A stretch of DNA of 60,000 bases from Lytechinus pictus (Eukaryota): assembly GCF_037042905.1 (NCBI RefSeq), contig NC_087245.1, positions 4,156,001-4,216,000 of the forward strand, read 5' to 3'. The notes under the pieces were generated by a model, which saw nothing but the letters and a program-made list of their open reading frames with translations, ran no database searches and was not told where the DNA came from. This document shows positions 25,372-39,037 of this stretch, in pieces. Each line of letters begins with the position of its first letter. Positions within the stretch are counted from its first letter, which is position 1. Both the position numbers and the translations under genes were made by a program.

Positions 25372-28300
25372 GTGAGTGTGTAAGGGTGGGTGTGTATGTG
25401 GGTGATATGGTGTCCCTTGAACATGGTGATGTTAAATGGTGGCAACCTACCTCAACATTCTGCCGTAAAAAAATCCTGAACTGCTCAATCAATGTTACAC
25501 TAATTTCCTGGCATAAGATCTCATCTTACTTCACCCGTGATCCATTTCAGATTCCAGATAAAAATAACAAATAAAGTTTGAAGCATACTGCTGTCACCAA
25601 GCAGTCGCAGTCTAGAAAAGAAAGGGATCATAATACATAGGCTGTCTTCTTCCTTTGCTTACTATAAGGTTGAATTTGTAGGTGTTGATCATTCGCAGTT
25701 CTTGATTATAGAGTTAAATTCCCTTCTGCATCTTTTTTTAAGAGAGAAGAGAAAAAAATGATAATGATATGCTCATATTTCCGTTTTTGTTCACAAGGGT
25801 ATTGAAAAATTAATTCTTAAATTAAATGAGAATTGTATTTCGAAATGAAACAAGTAAAGCTTTTGGAAAATGATAGAAGAATACGCTTATTGACCGTAAC
25901 TATACTGTCAGTACGAACATCGTTGTAAGATTTTTCGTGATAAAATAAGTTAGATGTTATTACAAACTTTAACATGAAATATAATGTAGTGTGGCTATCT
26001 TCCAAACTAGCATATAGTAGAGTGTTCGTGACTACCCCCATATTATATACATCTACAATAATATGCCTTTTCAAATGATTCAGTTTACGGCTGCTGTAAA
26101 TTTGATATTTTTTATTGGAAAGAATGTTTATACAGTTACACTAAAAAAAATTTTTTTAGACCGTTCATAGCTTTTACTTTTTTTTTTGAAAGGCAGATTA
26201 TCAGTCGGTTATTTCTCCTCAGGCTATCATTTTATGAGTGTAGAATTTTTCTTTGTTTCCAAGAAATCTTTTCCAATTTAAAAAAAAGGCGACTTCTTGG
26301 AAAGAACCACACATGCATGATTGTATTTTGATTGGTCGAGTTGTTAGATGAAATAAAACCATGCAAACTGGAATTGTGTATTCTAATTTCAATCGGAACG
26401 TTATTGGTTGTATTGAGGACTGCAATATGTAACGTAAATTGTTTCTCTTTGTTTGGAATCTATTACCCAGAATATAAATTCTGAAATATTTAAAAACCAA
26501 TAAAGAATGAGAAGATATGACTTTGGTTATCAACTAACGTGCCTGAAGCCTATGTCTCGAGGTGCATTTTTTTTCTCCCATGGCCGGATAAAGTCTTATT
26601 TTCTGCGATTCAACATGATTTTACTATCTCTTTCCTCTCTATCTTTCATTAGTATGTGTAATAACAACCAGTTCTATCCTTATCCTTATGTAACCATTTT
26701 TGGAACGATAAAAACCTTTATAATTTCCTGCTGGATTCCCCCCACCCCCCCCCACAATCCCTGCGAGAGGTATACTTATGATACAAACATTTCATGATGT
26801 CTGAGCAATACGCAGTTGGGAAATCAAATCGAAAATGTGTATGAATGAATGTATACTGCTTTAAGATCCAGCAATAGAAAACATGAATGAACCCATGAAG
26901 TGATCGATGGCTATGTGGATGATGTTTATTTCGCATTATAGCTGTGTCTGTTAATGTTGATAAAAAGTCGGGGTGGTTTTTGCAATCTGTCGTCGGTAAA
27001 ACTACTCAAAATACCATCATTAATGCCGCCTTCGTCTTCCACTAAAAGCTTATTGCACCTTGGGACATTTAAAGAATCTCAAACAACGTCCAAGGGTGCT
27101 TAAACCAGTTTCTCTCTTCATGGTCTTGATGGGTCAACAAAGTACGTTTCTAATTGAAGCCGGAATTGTTTATCTATTATTTCATTTCAAGGAGTAATGG
27201 CCAATTTAGTAATAACGGCCTATTTGCCTACACATTAACAATCTTAGCTCATTAAATACCGATCTCGCGTGGATGCGACTCCTTGCCATGTTATTATAAA
27301 AAGTACATTCTGTGAACGATGGAAGTCTATTTTAAGATGACTTCCATGAATTAACATCATCATTTCCCAAATGTGATTGAATGTTGCCAAGGGCAAATGA
27401 ATCAATCAAACAGTGATTTTATAAAGTAATGACATCGGGTCTATTACGAAGAAGGGGTAACGGGAAGGAGAGATGTAAGGGTAGACAGAAAGGGAAAGGG
27501 AGATATAGATAGAGAGAGAAGAGTGGGGGAGAGAGGGGAGATAAAAGAAAAAAAGAGGTGGATTTGTGGAGGGAATCGCACGAGATTAAATAAAATTATT
27601 AATTGCATGATATTGAGAGGAAAAAAAACATGGACCTTAGGCCTATATACATACATGCATGAACCGAGGTACACACCCAAAACGAAAGAGTGAGGAGCTA
27701 GGAAAATGGGGAGAAACCCCCTGCACAGCCCCTGCATATAGCTATAATTATTATTACAAACTATCCCACCTCTTCATGATTTTTTTTACACGTAAACGTC
27801 AAATGAGTGTGAACAACTTTAAATAAACCCTGAACACCTTCACCTAGAATGAGACTGAAAATCGGACTTTCTAATAAGTTCTTGACCGTTATCGATATCA
27901 CATCCATCCCACCACTGGCCATGGTATGATTTAATAAAATGTCTTAATACGATCATGATTTCATGCTTCATTGGTTTATCTTATAATCCCTTGATTCTAT
28001 TATACCATACCAACGCCATGAACCTCTGAGGTCAAAATAAAGGGTAATCTTTTGCTTTCATAAAAGTTGACGTAGAATTACAAAACCGAGATGAAGACGC
28101 CTTGTCTAAATCGTTGCAAAATTTCCATTTGTATACCGAGACTTGTTGCCATGCAGGCTATCGTCATGCAACAGTACAATGGAGTTAGTTTTATGAATGA
28201 ATCGTAGGCGGTGAGGGTTGTTTACATTGGTTATAATTAGCCATAATATCCACATTCTGACTTGTCTGTTATAAGTGTACATTTGGGATTGTAACATGGA

Positions 28301-28677
28301 CGCCTGAGAGCAGACAATCCTTGGTTAGACGGAAAGTGCGTCATGTTTCCAGATCAATTAATTCAATTCCACATTGTAACGATCATTCAAAATACTCCTC
28401 AAAACGTCCACAGTGGTTTAAGATTCAAAGAGACCCTTAACAAAACGTTACCACCCAAACGCCCACCTACTAAACGTTTAAGTATTTCTCTGATTGTATT
28501 CACCTATACTGAGTTAAACTCTGGAGGACTGTAATGCGGGAGGATATGCTCTGATTACGTCATAAAGACACTTGCATCTTCAGACATGTCAGACCCTTAA
28601 CATGAAAGTCTGGAATAAAAGTAAAGGAGGGTGGTTGGTTACTCCAGTCAGAAGGAGGCTGCATCGTAGTGCCTATA

Positions 28678-29477
28678 CAGTCACACCACAGAAACTGACT
28701 CCGAATCGACCGATAAGGACCCAGACCGGACCCAAAAGTGAAATCGACAAATCATATACCAATCGAAAGCTTCTAAACTACCCGCCACAGAAATGCTATA
28801 TTAGTTTTAAGCAGTTTCGCCGCTTATCGATGAGTATTTTGCTTAAGAATAGTTGTGTTGTGTTAGAAGCGTTGTAATTCCATAGGTTTGTACACAAAAA
28901 TGGGTGATTTTTCCGCTTTTCAGATTATTATTTTTTATTTCTTCACTTTTCTCACAAACAGATGTCATAAATATCTTTCCTGCAAGCTTGAATTGATGAA
29001 ATATAATTTTTCTTTAATACTTTTTATCATTTTCTGCCCTAATTCTATCTGCATTCATAAGTAAAACTTTTCTTGACAGCAATTTAGGCCCAAGAAGAGC
29101 CACACAGAGAAATCACACAAAAGTAGTCATGAGTTGCAGGTTTCCATCCATTTTAGCACTGAATAGTGCAATTTTTCTGCAAATTGAAAAAGAAATATTG
29201 AATTTAGAATCTGAAAAGCATAAAGGTACAAACCAATGGACACAACATGACGTCACGGTCTCGAGGCCGGTAAAAGAACGTAGAAGAAAGCTTATTTTCG
29301 AAGCCCGATATTTGGAGTCATTCCTAAACAAAATACTAAAATACTTAAAGCTTGCATTTCTGTGTTAAGGAGTTTATAAGCTTTCGATTGGTAAATGAGT
29401 TGTCGATTTCACTTTTGGGTCTGATATGGGTCTTTCAAGTTTTTGTCACTCCGGTGTCGGTTTTGCCTGTGTGATTG
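28678..29477. mobile_element. Tc1/mariner-like MITE with long imperfect TIRs
   Basis: The left arm TA|CAGTCACAC...GACCCAAAAGTGAAATCGACAAATCATATACCAATCGAAAGCTT is inverted relative to AAGCTTTCGATTGGTAAATGAGTTGTCGATTTCACTTTTGGGTC...GTGTGATTG. Confidence 0.75.
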
Positions 29478-29839
29478 CAGCAATCCAATCCTACCATTGC
29501 CTGAACAATGTAGTTTGGGTGGGAGTCCAGTGCCATGAAAAAATACACTTTCATTGATATACGTAATATTTATTAACCCTCACTTTGAAAAAAAATATAG
29601 CTTCTGATATGATAAAAACGCCCTTTTGCTAGTGCCTGCAAGTCATAAACCCATTTACAAATATGTCATCAAACGTGATGTGTCAAGAGACTAATAGATC
29701 TTGTCAAAATTGCAACCAATTGGCAATTATCGTTGTAAAAAAATCAGCATAACAAATCAATAGAACGACGAAAACAAAAATCTATCAAAATTAATGAAAA
29801 ACAATCACCTCTTCCGCTCCCCCTACGTCAGACCTGCTC

Positions 29840-30007
29840 CAGGGCCCTGCATGGAAACGATTTTCACTGGGGGTGCTGATGTAAATTTGACAAGCAAAAA
29901 AAAAAAGGTTTCACTACAAAATTAAGGTCATTTTGGTTACATTTTTTCAATTTTTGCACATCTTACAGAATACCTGCAACCCAGCACCCCCGCTTCACAG
30001 GACCATG
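29840..30007. mobile_element. Short hAT-like MITE
   Basis: CAGGGCCCTG...GGGGGTGCTG is inverted relative to CAGCACCCCC...CAGGACCATG. Confidence 0.5.
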
Positions 30008-30011
30008 ACCT

Positions 30012-30302
30012 TATAATAATAATAATATAGGTATATTTACCCAGGGAAGCCTCTTCAGTTCCGAAAACTGTTCTCCCAGTGGGCCCTGCTATCATTATTA
30101 CCCCGGCTTTAGCTGGGCTGCCTAGACGCTCAAAGCATTCAAGGAATTTCTTCCAACCGGGTACCCATTCACCTCACCTGGGTCGAGTGCAGCACAGTGT
30201 GGATAAATTTCTTGCTGAAGGAAATTACGCCATGGCTGGGATTCGAACCCACGACCCTCTGTTTCAAAGTCAGAAGACTAATCCACTGGGCCACAACGCT
30301 CC
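30012..30302 (-). mobile_element. Full-length tRNA-derived SINE with a Meta-domain-like core and (TTA)n tail
   Basis: On the minus strand: A box TGGCCCAGTGG, anticodon-like arm TCTGA-CTTTGAA-ACAGA, B box GGTTCGAATCCC, core CACTCGACCCAGGTG...AATGGGTACC, and tail TATTATTATTATTA. Confidence 0.9.
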
Positions 30303-33206
30303 CTATACCCTTTGACTCAAGCTTGATAGATCTCTCACGAGATTACTCGGAAAGTGATACTACCCCAATTTCATTCATAATAAGCTAACATGAATGTACA
30401 GACAGTCTCAGCTGACTTACATGAATCTTAAAGAATGCTTTATTTCTTAATCTAGAATTTGTACATCATACCAAAGTAGATATGAAGACAGAAAGAGACA
30501 CACACTCGCACCAACACACATCGAACAATGACGTACAAGAGTCTGTCCTGAAATAAAGGATTAAAAAGAGTAAAATCAAACCCGTAATAACATGAAGCAG
30601 ATTTATGCGTGTCGTCACGAATATAAATCCTAATAATTATTTCCCAATATCCCTTTAGCAGTTTTGATTACAAGAAATCTTGATCATCTTAATGTTTTAT
30701 AAAAAGTGTGTTTGTGCAAAAAAATATAAGAAAAGACCTAGTAGCAAAATCAGAATTAGCAATGATAATCTAGCACGTAAAATAAGTAGTCAATCATGAT
30801 CCCATCAGTATATTCTTAGAATAGATAATTTGATTAACAGAAATACATATTCAATTTTATCAATTTTGATTCGACGATTAAACAAAGAGTACACATATAA
30901 GTATTGATTAAAATGAGAGGAGGTGACTTCATCAATTGCATACCCTATCCATAGTAAAACTCTTTCCCAAATTCAATGCAAAATTTGAAAATACCAACAA
31001 TTCTTTATTGTTCATCTGGTTTTCATTAAAATATGTTTGTTTATTCGTTTGATTTTATTCTTCTTATTCAAATCGTTTATTTTTCAGCCTCGTCTATCCT
31101 TAATAAATGATATTCTTAATTATCTGATAATTTTTGCAGAGGATTAGAACGAGAGGCTTATGTTCTCTTTCCAAAGCATTTTTTTTCGTTGGTGTTGGGG
31201 TGGGGTCGTTGTCTTTCTTTCATCCCGCCATGCAATGCGATGATTATCGATACTTGACAGAATCAGAACTTTTGTAATTCTATGAATGCATTTTCTCGTC
31301 TGTGAACATAGAATGAATACGTTGTACATCGTGATACAATCAAGTTTGTCAGCTAATATTTCTGTCATGTATACTGAGTGAGGAATAATGACGAAGATGA
31401 CTGAGTGCATAGTTGAAGTAGTGAAGCTCATTAATCGTACATGGCCAGATTCCATACGTTTGAACTCTGGAAGGAAATCGTGACAGACCAGTAAGGGTTT
31501 GGCCTAAATAATTTGACACAGTAAAAAGAAAAATGACAGCTACGTTAAAGTATAATCACAAGAATCGACATCACTAACCTGAATCTTATTTCACAAAACT
31601 TAAATCAATTGGATGTAAAGAGCTATCTTTTCCAAGTACGGCTGAGGATGGTCTTTACACTCATCCCATCTACTGAATCGCATATTAATGATTTTTGCTC
31701 AACATTCCACATTTCATTATAGAAATAAATCAAGCATATTCTCCTTGAAAATGACAACAAACTTGAAAACATAAGACTAAATTCAGGCAATTCTAAGAGC
31801 CTCCATCTTTCACGGAAGGACGCTTTTTTTATTGAGCTCATTAATGTATTTTCCCTTCTCCCTTCACTGCTTATGCTCGCCTATGAATTACATAGTGCAC
31901 ATGACAACGCATCACTTGAAATAATCCTGAACTGTAGCAGAATGAAGATGTCTATTTTTCTTTTAAATGGATGACATTTGGAAAGCACTCATTGAACACA
32001 AACGGACTTTCCAATAGTAAAGCTGTGTATTGAAGATGTTTGTGCATGTTTCTAAATAAACCCTATTTGTCCATCGATTGCAATTAAAATTGATATGCTG
32101 TTGAAAACTTGAAATACCGGGAAAAAATAAAACAAATACATTGAGAGCACAGAATCAAGATTCTTGCCTGCTGTTGGATATTTTCCACTTCCAAATAACC
32201 TGGAACATTGAATAATTATGATCAAAACTTTCGGGCAGGACTCATCAATGAAGCCTGAACATTTAAATCTATCTTTGAAGTTAGTTGGAATGTTAAAAAT
32301 GAATTTAGAATATACAGAAGAAGGTAATGAGTTTTAATCCCGACCACATTGCTCCTTCTTGCCTCCAGTGTGACAGAGGTGCAAGGCGCGGGGAAGATCG
32401 ATTGCGTGTGAAGTAAGGAGGAGGTCAATTGCCTCGTAGTAACAAAAGAAAATGAGCGCCAAACTTCAACATGATTCCATTGAATTTCTGTTCATTGAAC
32501 ATGCGAGGAAGCGGAATAGCTGTAAGCCAGTTTTCACTTAGCTCAATAAACAGGAAAGAAAGGTTAATAATGTGAAGATAATGCTGATGGAGAGAGTGGG
32601 GGAGTGAGATAGAGTGAGTGGGTGAGAGAGGGAGAGAGAGAGGGGGGGGGAGAAGATGGTAAGGATGATGACAATGACAATAGAATGAAAGGGAGATTTA
32701 ATATATCAATTTTAAAGGATGATTGAGGCAAATCGTCAAGTGATCCTTCTCTAAAAAAAGGTGTGTACTTTGATGGAGTTCGATTGCTAAGGCCTTGACA
32801 TAAGTGGCAGAAATGAAATCTCGAACGTGAAGATAAAGATTATGATTATGAAGGATAAGTATTAAAAAAAGTTACACGAATCTGTGGCCTTGGAACTGAG
32901 AAAGCGTATGAATAGCAAGGGGTAAAGAAGGCTTCTGCCACTCGAAAGAGAACTTGTATTACCTTGAAAGACTAAGGATGTGATTTTGTTTTTTCAGCGC
33001 GCTACAAAATTATTCCAGTATTTCTGACCTTATGAAAATCCTATAGCTTACTAATATTAATTAAGATAGAATGGACTATTGGACTTACTGGTTCTTTTGG
33101 TTTGGCTGTTAATATCGATAAATTTTAACATGGGTATAAAAGTTTTCACTTCTCACATTCGGCTTAGCAGCTGTCAAATTTATATCAAACTAGCTTTCAG
33201 ATTCAT

Positions 33207-33689
33207 AAGGCCCCCGATACACATGCGTCGGGTTTGAGGCCACCCCGACGGCTGCTTTGAAGCCGCCTTTACGCCTGCAATTTGGGTGGTGATACATTCG
33301 CTAAAATTGGACTGAAGCCGCCTCGAACTCATTATCCCCTTAATACACAGTCATGGGCTGAGGCCTGTAATCTTGTGTCTATACAATAAACCGACTTCAC
33401 GTCACTTATGACACGAGTCACCTGACTTTTCACATAAACATTTCCACTATTCTTAGTTCGGTTCATAAGATGTAAATATTGTGAGCTATTTCTAGTTCAG
33501 TGGTCAAGCCGACCTGAGTTCAGTTGGGGGTGATAAATACCAATTGCAGGATTAAAGCCGGCGTGACGCCGCCTTCAACCACATCCAAGGGTGGATTCAG
33601 TCCGAGCCGGTGTCGGTCCTGATATCCCGTAATACACATAAGTCGAGAGGCCTCGACGCCGGCGTCAGCGTAAGTGAATCACCACCCTA
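33207..33689. mobile_element. GC-rich PIF/Harbinger-like MITE (decayed)
   Basis: Repeated AAGCCG/GAGGCC/ATACAC motifs, an internal inverted pair CCTGCAATT/AATTGCAGG, and ends TAAGGCCCCCGATACAC and GTGAATCACCACCCTA. Confidence 0.55.
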
Positions 33690-34497
33690 CCTTTATACTT
33701 ATTGTAGCTCTTCAATTGCATCACTGCAATCTCAGTCCCCTTTTCAACATTTCACGCGTTGAAATCTTCAGTCCGATTACATAGAGGTTAATTCGGTTAC
33801 GTAATAGATCACATTGTGTATCAGTGTTGGGTGTTATAAGACATTTCACGCTTGCTTTCGCATTCTTCTAGAATTTGAAGGCAATTTCTTATTCACCTCG
33901 GCATTTGTAATTCTGTATAAACAAATAAAAAATATATTTCAAGCTTATGTTGCCTGATGAGAGGGGTTTCTGTAAACATGGAGATCGTCACGCTGAGCAA
34001 AGAGACATGTCAAAACAACATTGTGATACATTAATAGTTTAAGAGTGTGAAACAGATGTCACAGTTTCCGCACCATCAGACCTTCAGGCCTACCCATCAG
34101 AAACGTTTCTTGTGATTTGAGAAGATCAAAGACTCCCGATTAAAGAAATATTTAGTTTCGATGGAAGAAAATACAATATGCTACAGTTTGGTAAGATTAT
34201 TTGAATGTTTAATTTTTGGTACTTTTTTTGACAGTTATTTCAAAATGAGGATACAAAAGCACAGCTTCAAAAGAGCAAAGGTGACTTAGCTATATCTTTA
34301 CTCGTTTCATCGTCATATTGGGAGCATTAGACCGCATGGAGAAAATGAGGGGGAAAACAGAAGAGAGGAATCAAATGATAAAGAAAGAGAAAGGGGATGG
34401 GTACATAGCACAACCTCAATCTTAATAGCTTAAAATAACATTTGGCAGTCAATATGTATATATTTCAAAACAACCGTCTTTATAGGGCAATAGGGAG

Positions 34498-34800
34498 TTT
34501 CCGTATTTACTATACGGAGAAACTCTACAACACATCGATTCCTTTGAAATGCAAATAAAATCACAATGGACAGCTGAAGGGCTTTTGTCGAAAGTTGGTG
34601 GACTGGGACAGCTGATCGTCCGAAGATTTGCACCAGACGAACAATTGCAAATATGTCCTTGTCTAGAAACAAGAGATTCCGATGCTGTCCTAGTCCACCA
34701 ACTTTCGACAAAAGCCTCTCAGCTCTACATTGTGATTTGACTTGTATTTCCAAAGGAATTGGTGCATTGTAGAGAGTTTTTCCGTATAGTAAATGCGAAA
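34498..34800. mobile_element. Foldback (palindromic) element
   Basis: Arms of about 120 bp: TTTCCGTATTTACTATACGGAGAAACTCT...GCTTTTGTCGAAAGTTGGTGGACTGGGACAGC against GCTGTCCTAGTCCACCAACTTTCGACAAAAGC...TCCGTATAGTAAATGCGAAA, with a spacer of about 65 bp. Confidence 0.85.
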
Positions 34801-34904
34801 AGTCCAGATTGTCATTATGAAATAGCGAATTCACTGACAAAGCTATACGATAATTGAAAATTAATTATTATTATTACTATCGGCATCATTGTGGCCAAAA
34901 CGTC

Positions 34905-35490
34905 TTTAATATACCTAACTCTAAAATTACCCGACTTCAAAAACTTCAGAATTCAGCAGCTCGTATTGTTTCTCTGTCAAATAAACACGATCACATCACT
35001 CCTGTTCTTAAAGACCTCCATTGGTTGCCCATAAAGGATCGCATAGTTTTCAAAATTCTACTTTTAGTTCATCATAATTATCATCGATGGATCCGCACCC
35101 GATTACAACAAGTCTCTTATACACCACTATCAACCTGCACGCACACTGCGATCATCCCAATCTAAATCTAGTCTCTTGCATATCCCACTATTTAAAAAAA
35201 TCCTGGGGCGATCGAGCCTTTGCTCATGCCGGACCAGCCCTGTGGAATTCACTTCCACAGGAGCTGAAGAACTCAAACTCTGCAACATCCTTTAAGGGCA
35301 ACTTAAAATTGCATGTGTTCACCAGCAGGTACTAGGTTTGAAGTAATTTTTCCTCATTTTTAATTTACCCTTTCTTGTACTTTTCTTAGTTCTCTTTACT
35401 TTAATGTCTTGCTCTCTTCTAAGCGCCTTGAGCATTTAATCAAAATGGAAAAGACGCTATATAAATCATATGTATTATTATTATTATTTT
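34905..35490 (+). mobile_element. 3' fragment of an L2/CR1-group LINE, frameshifted
   Basis: RLQKLQNSAARIV...HITPVLKDLHWLPIKDRIVFKILL and, in another frame, GDRAFAHAGPALWNSLP...FK. The 3' end AAGCGCCTTGAG...GACGCTATATAAAT plus (ATT)n is typical of L2 elements. Confidence 0.9.
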
Positions 35491-35753
35491 TATTATTATG
35501 AAATATTGTGTGTATTTCATGCTGATCATTTGACGTTTTGACCCTACATCTTCTCGACCGATCAAGCCTTTTAATACAATATGATATTGCGCTTGTCTAT
35601 CGAGCATTTTCGTGGAAGAAAACGACAAATATTTACATGAGTATTTTTTTTGTATTGCGGGTCTATTGGAGGGAAAATTGGCTTCATGAAATTAATCCAA
35701 TCAAAATCCCCTGTATAAACGTAATACATTCATATCTAACACAGATTCATATC

Positions 35754-35954
35754 GAGGCCGTTTCATATACACATAGTGCTATTCGTAAATTAAGAGCGAC
35801 TTTAAGAACGACTGGTAATCTTTCTTACGCGCTAAATAATCACCAATTTACATGTAATGGTGAATATTATTTACCACAACAAACATGACAAAGGATCTAC
35901 AGTCGTTCTTGAAGTCACTCTTAACTTACGAACATATTTATGAAACTCCACCAG
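35754..35954. mobile_element. Hairpin MITE of about 200 bp, copy 1
   Basis: TTCGTAAATTAAGAGCGACTTTAAGAACGACTG is inverted relative to CAGTCGTTCTTGAAGTCACTCTTAACTTACGAA. Homologous to 59363-59553. Confidence 0.8.
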
Positions 35955-38526
35955 GTGTATGTATTGCTCTAATAGGTAGAGTAGGATGTGATTGGACAAA
36001 GTTTATTGATGGTCAAGGCCCACTCACACAAAGCTATATAGGGGCTAATAATTATGGTTGATTTTACGAAATATTCCAACCGTCAATGATCAATGGTTGA
36101 TCAGTATTAAGAAACCCTATTCTTGAACGTATTTTCTCTCTTATCTTTTTCCTTTTTTTATCATCATTTCCCCTTGCTCCTCTTTTTTTCTTTTATCTTT
36201 TATACTCTTCCTTTCTCCTTTTCTTCTTCATCTTCTCCCTCTCTCGTCCCCTTCCCCTTCTTCTTTAAGCTCTTTCCTAGCCTGATTTCCTTTCTCGTAT
36301 TGTGTATTTGTATTTGTGTTACAAGCTTTTGGTTTCAGGGAACTACGGCTTCTTCTGATAACAAATAATATGTCAAATATTTATATTTTTGTGAAAAATA
36401 ATTTTGTATAATTTATTGTGAAAAATTGATATTTTGATAAAAATGGAATGAAATTAATGTTTATTTGAATGAAATGGAATGGAAACATCTCTTAAAGAAG
36501 GAAATAAAAGGTGAGAATCGTTACAAGTTGAGTAAAGTAAAATAGTGATTCTTCCTATAGGGACCATCCCTTATTTGCCTGGAGTTGCTGCGTGTGTTTT
36601 ACACCATAGGCAGCATCCCCTAGAAATCAATTAGGTATGCTGAAAAGAAAAATTTTAACCAAAATCACTTTTATTTTTAGTGAATACATTTTTCCATTAA
36701 AATAAGGCAAAAAGTTTTGTTACAAAATTTTCTGATGCAATCTTGATAATTCTCTGCGGTAGAATATCATAAATAGTAAGCCGAAAGTACAACTTGTTTT
36801 CATAATTAACATTAACAAAAGTCGACACTTAAACCAGATTAACTAATAACTTCCATGATTTCAAATAAAATTTACATAATTCAATTTGTTGAACTATATA
36901 AAAAGTTTAGTTTCAAAGGGAAAGCACTTTAAATTACACAAAACTCATACAGAAAGAAATTCAAAGTTATTGTAATTGCATTCACCATAAAAGCCATACT
37001 GTAACTACTTTAAATCAAACGAAACGGAAATGTTTCTTTCCTGATTGTATTGAATTGAATTTGAGAGTAAAAGTGCAAACAGTGGCTTTACAAAATAAGT
37101 CAGAGTTAAATCTGTGGTAAGATCTAGATATGACTGTCTCTCTCTGTCTTTTTATCGCTCTTATGTGAGATGACATTTCCACGAAGGTGTGATATCCATT
37201 GACTAGGCCTACAGTACTTTTTTTTAACTTGTTATTCTCACCGATAATTAGAATTTACATATTGATCTTAGGAAAAGAACAGGATATTATTCATATTTTA
37301 TGGACAATTTGTGGCTTTTTATTATTTCTTTGATATGAATATACATTGTATACATTTTGGAGACGCTTTTAAAATGTGAGGTTTGTGATCGAATTCAAGT
37401 CTTGATTTGTCGCAAGTTTGTCTTTGCGTTTATAAGAGGACGTGAAGTGATCGCGGAACAATTTTACAAATGGGGGATTGGGACATAGCATGGTTATGTT
37501 TGTTTGTGTGCACGTTAACTAAATGTGGGCTAAGTCCCTGAGCTCCCGTTTTGCAGCTCCTGATATGTAGAGTCATTGGTAGAAGAAAGTTGTAATGGAA
37601 GGAAACTCTCCTCGTCTAAACGGTTGAATGATATCAACTTCATGCGTTTATTGATTCCCTGTTTACATAATGTCTGAACAGGTAGAGGCAAAATGTCAAA
37701 GATTAGAATTGTACCGGCAGGTAAATAACTCATTTCAGTAGCTTAACGACCAGATTTGTAGGTAGAAGAAATAAAACTCGATCAAATCAATGAAGATGTA
37801 GGGCAAATTCTTAGTTAATATAAATACCAGGGATTCTCACTTGTACCTGTTTCGGGAAAATTAATGCTTTCAGGTTTCGTGCATAGGCTGCTATAAAGGT
37901 ATGCTGAACATTAGACAACTTTCATACGAATAGTTCATTTCTTTAACGATATTTCTGTCTTCGCTTCCTTCCTCTTATTTGTTTTATCTTTTTTGAATCT
38001 TTAAATATCTCATATTCCTATGTTCTGCGTTTAAAAACTTCCTCTTTATTTCTAAAAACTTGTTACATTCATGAATTTTGTTGAACTTTTATCATCGGAA
38101 TATGGAAATAATATAGGCTTTAATAGTCCGTTGCACGTGCTGTAAGCAAAGTAAACATCAATTGTACTGTATATTTGCTGAAAGTATTCCCATCAGATAT
38201 TAGTTTATATAATGACATTTACCTTTTTTAACATTTGCTCTTTCCATTTCCCTCTCTCTTACTTTTTTATCGTCTTTGTCTTTTGCCTTGTATGACGCAT
38301 TATAATGTATATCATTTCTAATATATTTTTAAGACTAATCGTGTGTTTTGAGCAAACAATAAATAAAATAATATTCATTTTCAGTTACAGTGCTATGCTG
38401 ATAGTTCATTGTTGTGTTTCTCTATGTGAATTCGAACTCAGAAAAGATGAATTTTATTTACTCTCATTCTAAGTGGCATTGTTAGGCCTTCAAAGTCATT
38501 TTCACCAGTATGTTTATGTATGAACC

Positions 38527-39037
38527 TTAGAGACCAAATACATCTCAACAAAAGTTGTCTGGAATAAGTAGAGAAAACAAAATCAACTAACGTATCCACT
38601 GAAAACCTTATCAAAAGTCGGATGTCAGATCAAGAAATTCATGACAATTATGAAATTACATTTAATTTTGCAAAACGATTATGCACATATACTGGTTGGT
38701 ACGCAAATGAGAAAATCAGAGACGCCATCCACTTAATATAGGGAATATATTAATTTCATCTTATCTACAATGTAAAACAATACTTGATTCTTTCCTGAAC
38801 ATGTGAAATTGTTATGTCTTGTCACCCATTTTGATTCAAAGAAGAGGTTTCTTCGTGGCATCATCAGCGCTCTGATTTTCATATCACCCGCGTTTAACGA
38901 CTATTTTTTAAATAAAAATAAGCCATTTTCTTAATTGTTACGTCCAACTTTATGAAATCTTCATCATTATGCATGTTTGATTTTTTTTCTTCTATTTATT
39001 AAAATCAAATTTTGCTGTGGTGGTCTTGACCTTTTAA
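38527..39037. mobile_element. Old Kolobok-like MITE
   Basis: Right end GTGGTCTTGACCTT|TTAA with decayed inverted arms, and the same general layout as the 15814 element. Confidence 0.5.

Noticed and set aside
30230..30302. tRNA-Gln(TTG) gene
   Set aside because: The acceptor stem is imperfect and the sequence continues into a SINE body with a (TTA)n tail.
34430..34840. 136-aa ORF with an internal repeat (LLSKVGGLGQ also appears on the opposite strand)
   Set aside because: It is a by-product of the palindromic foldback element.
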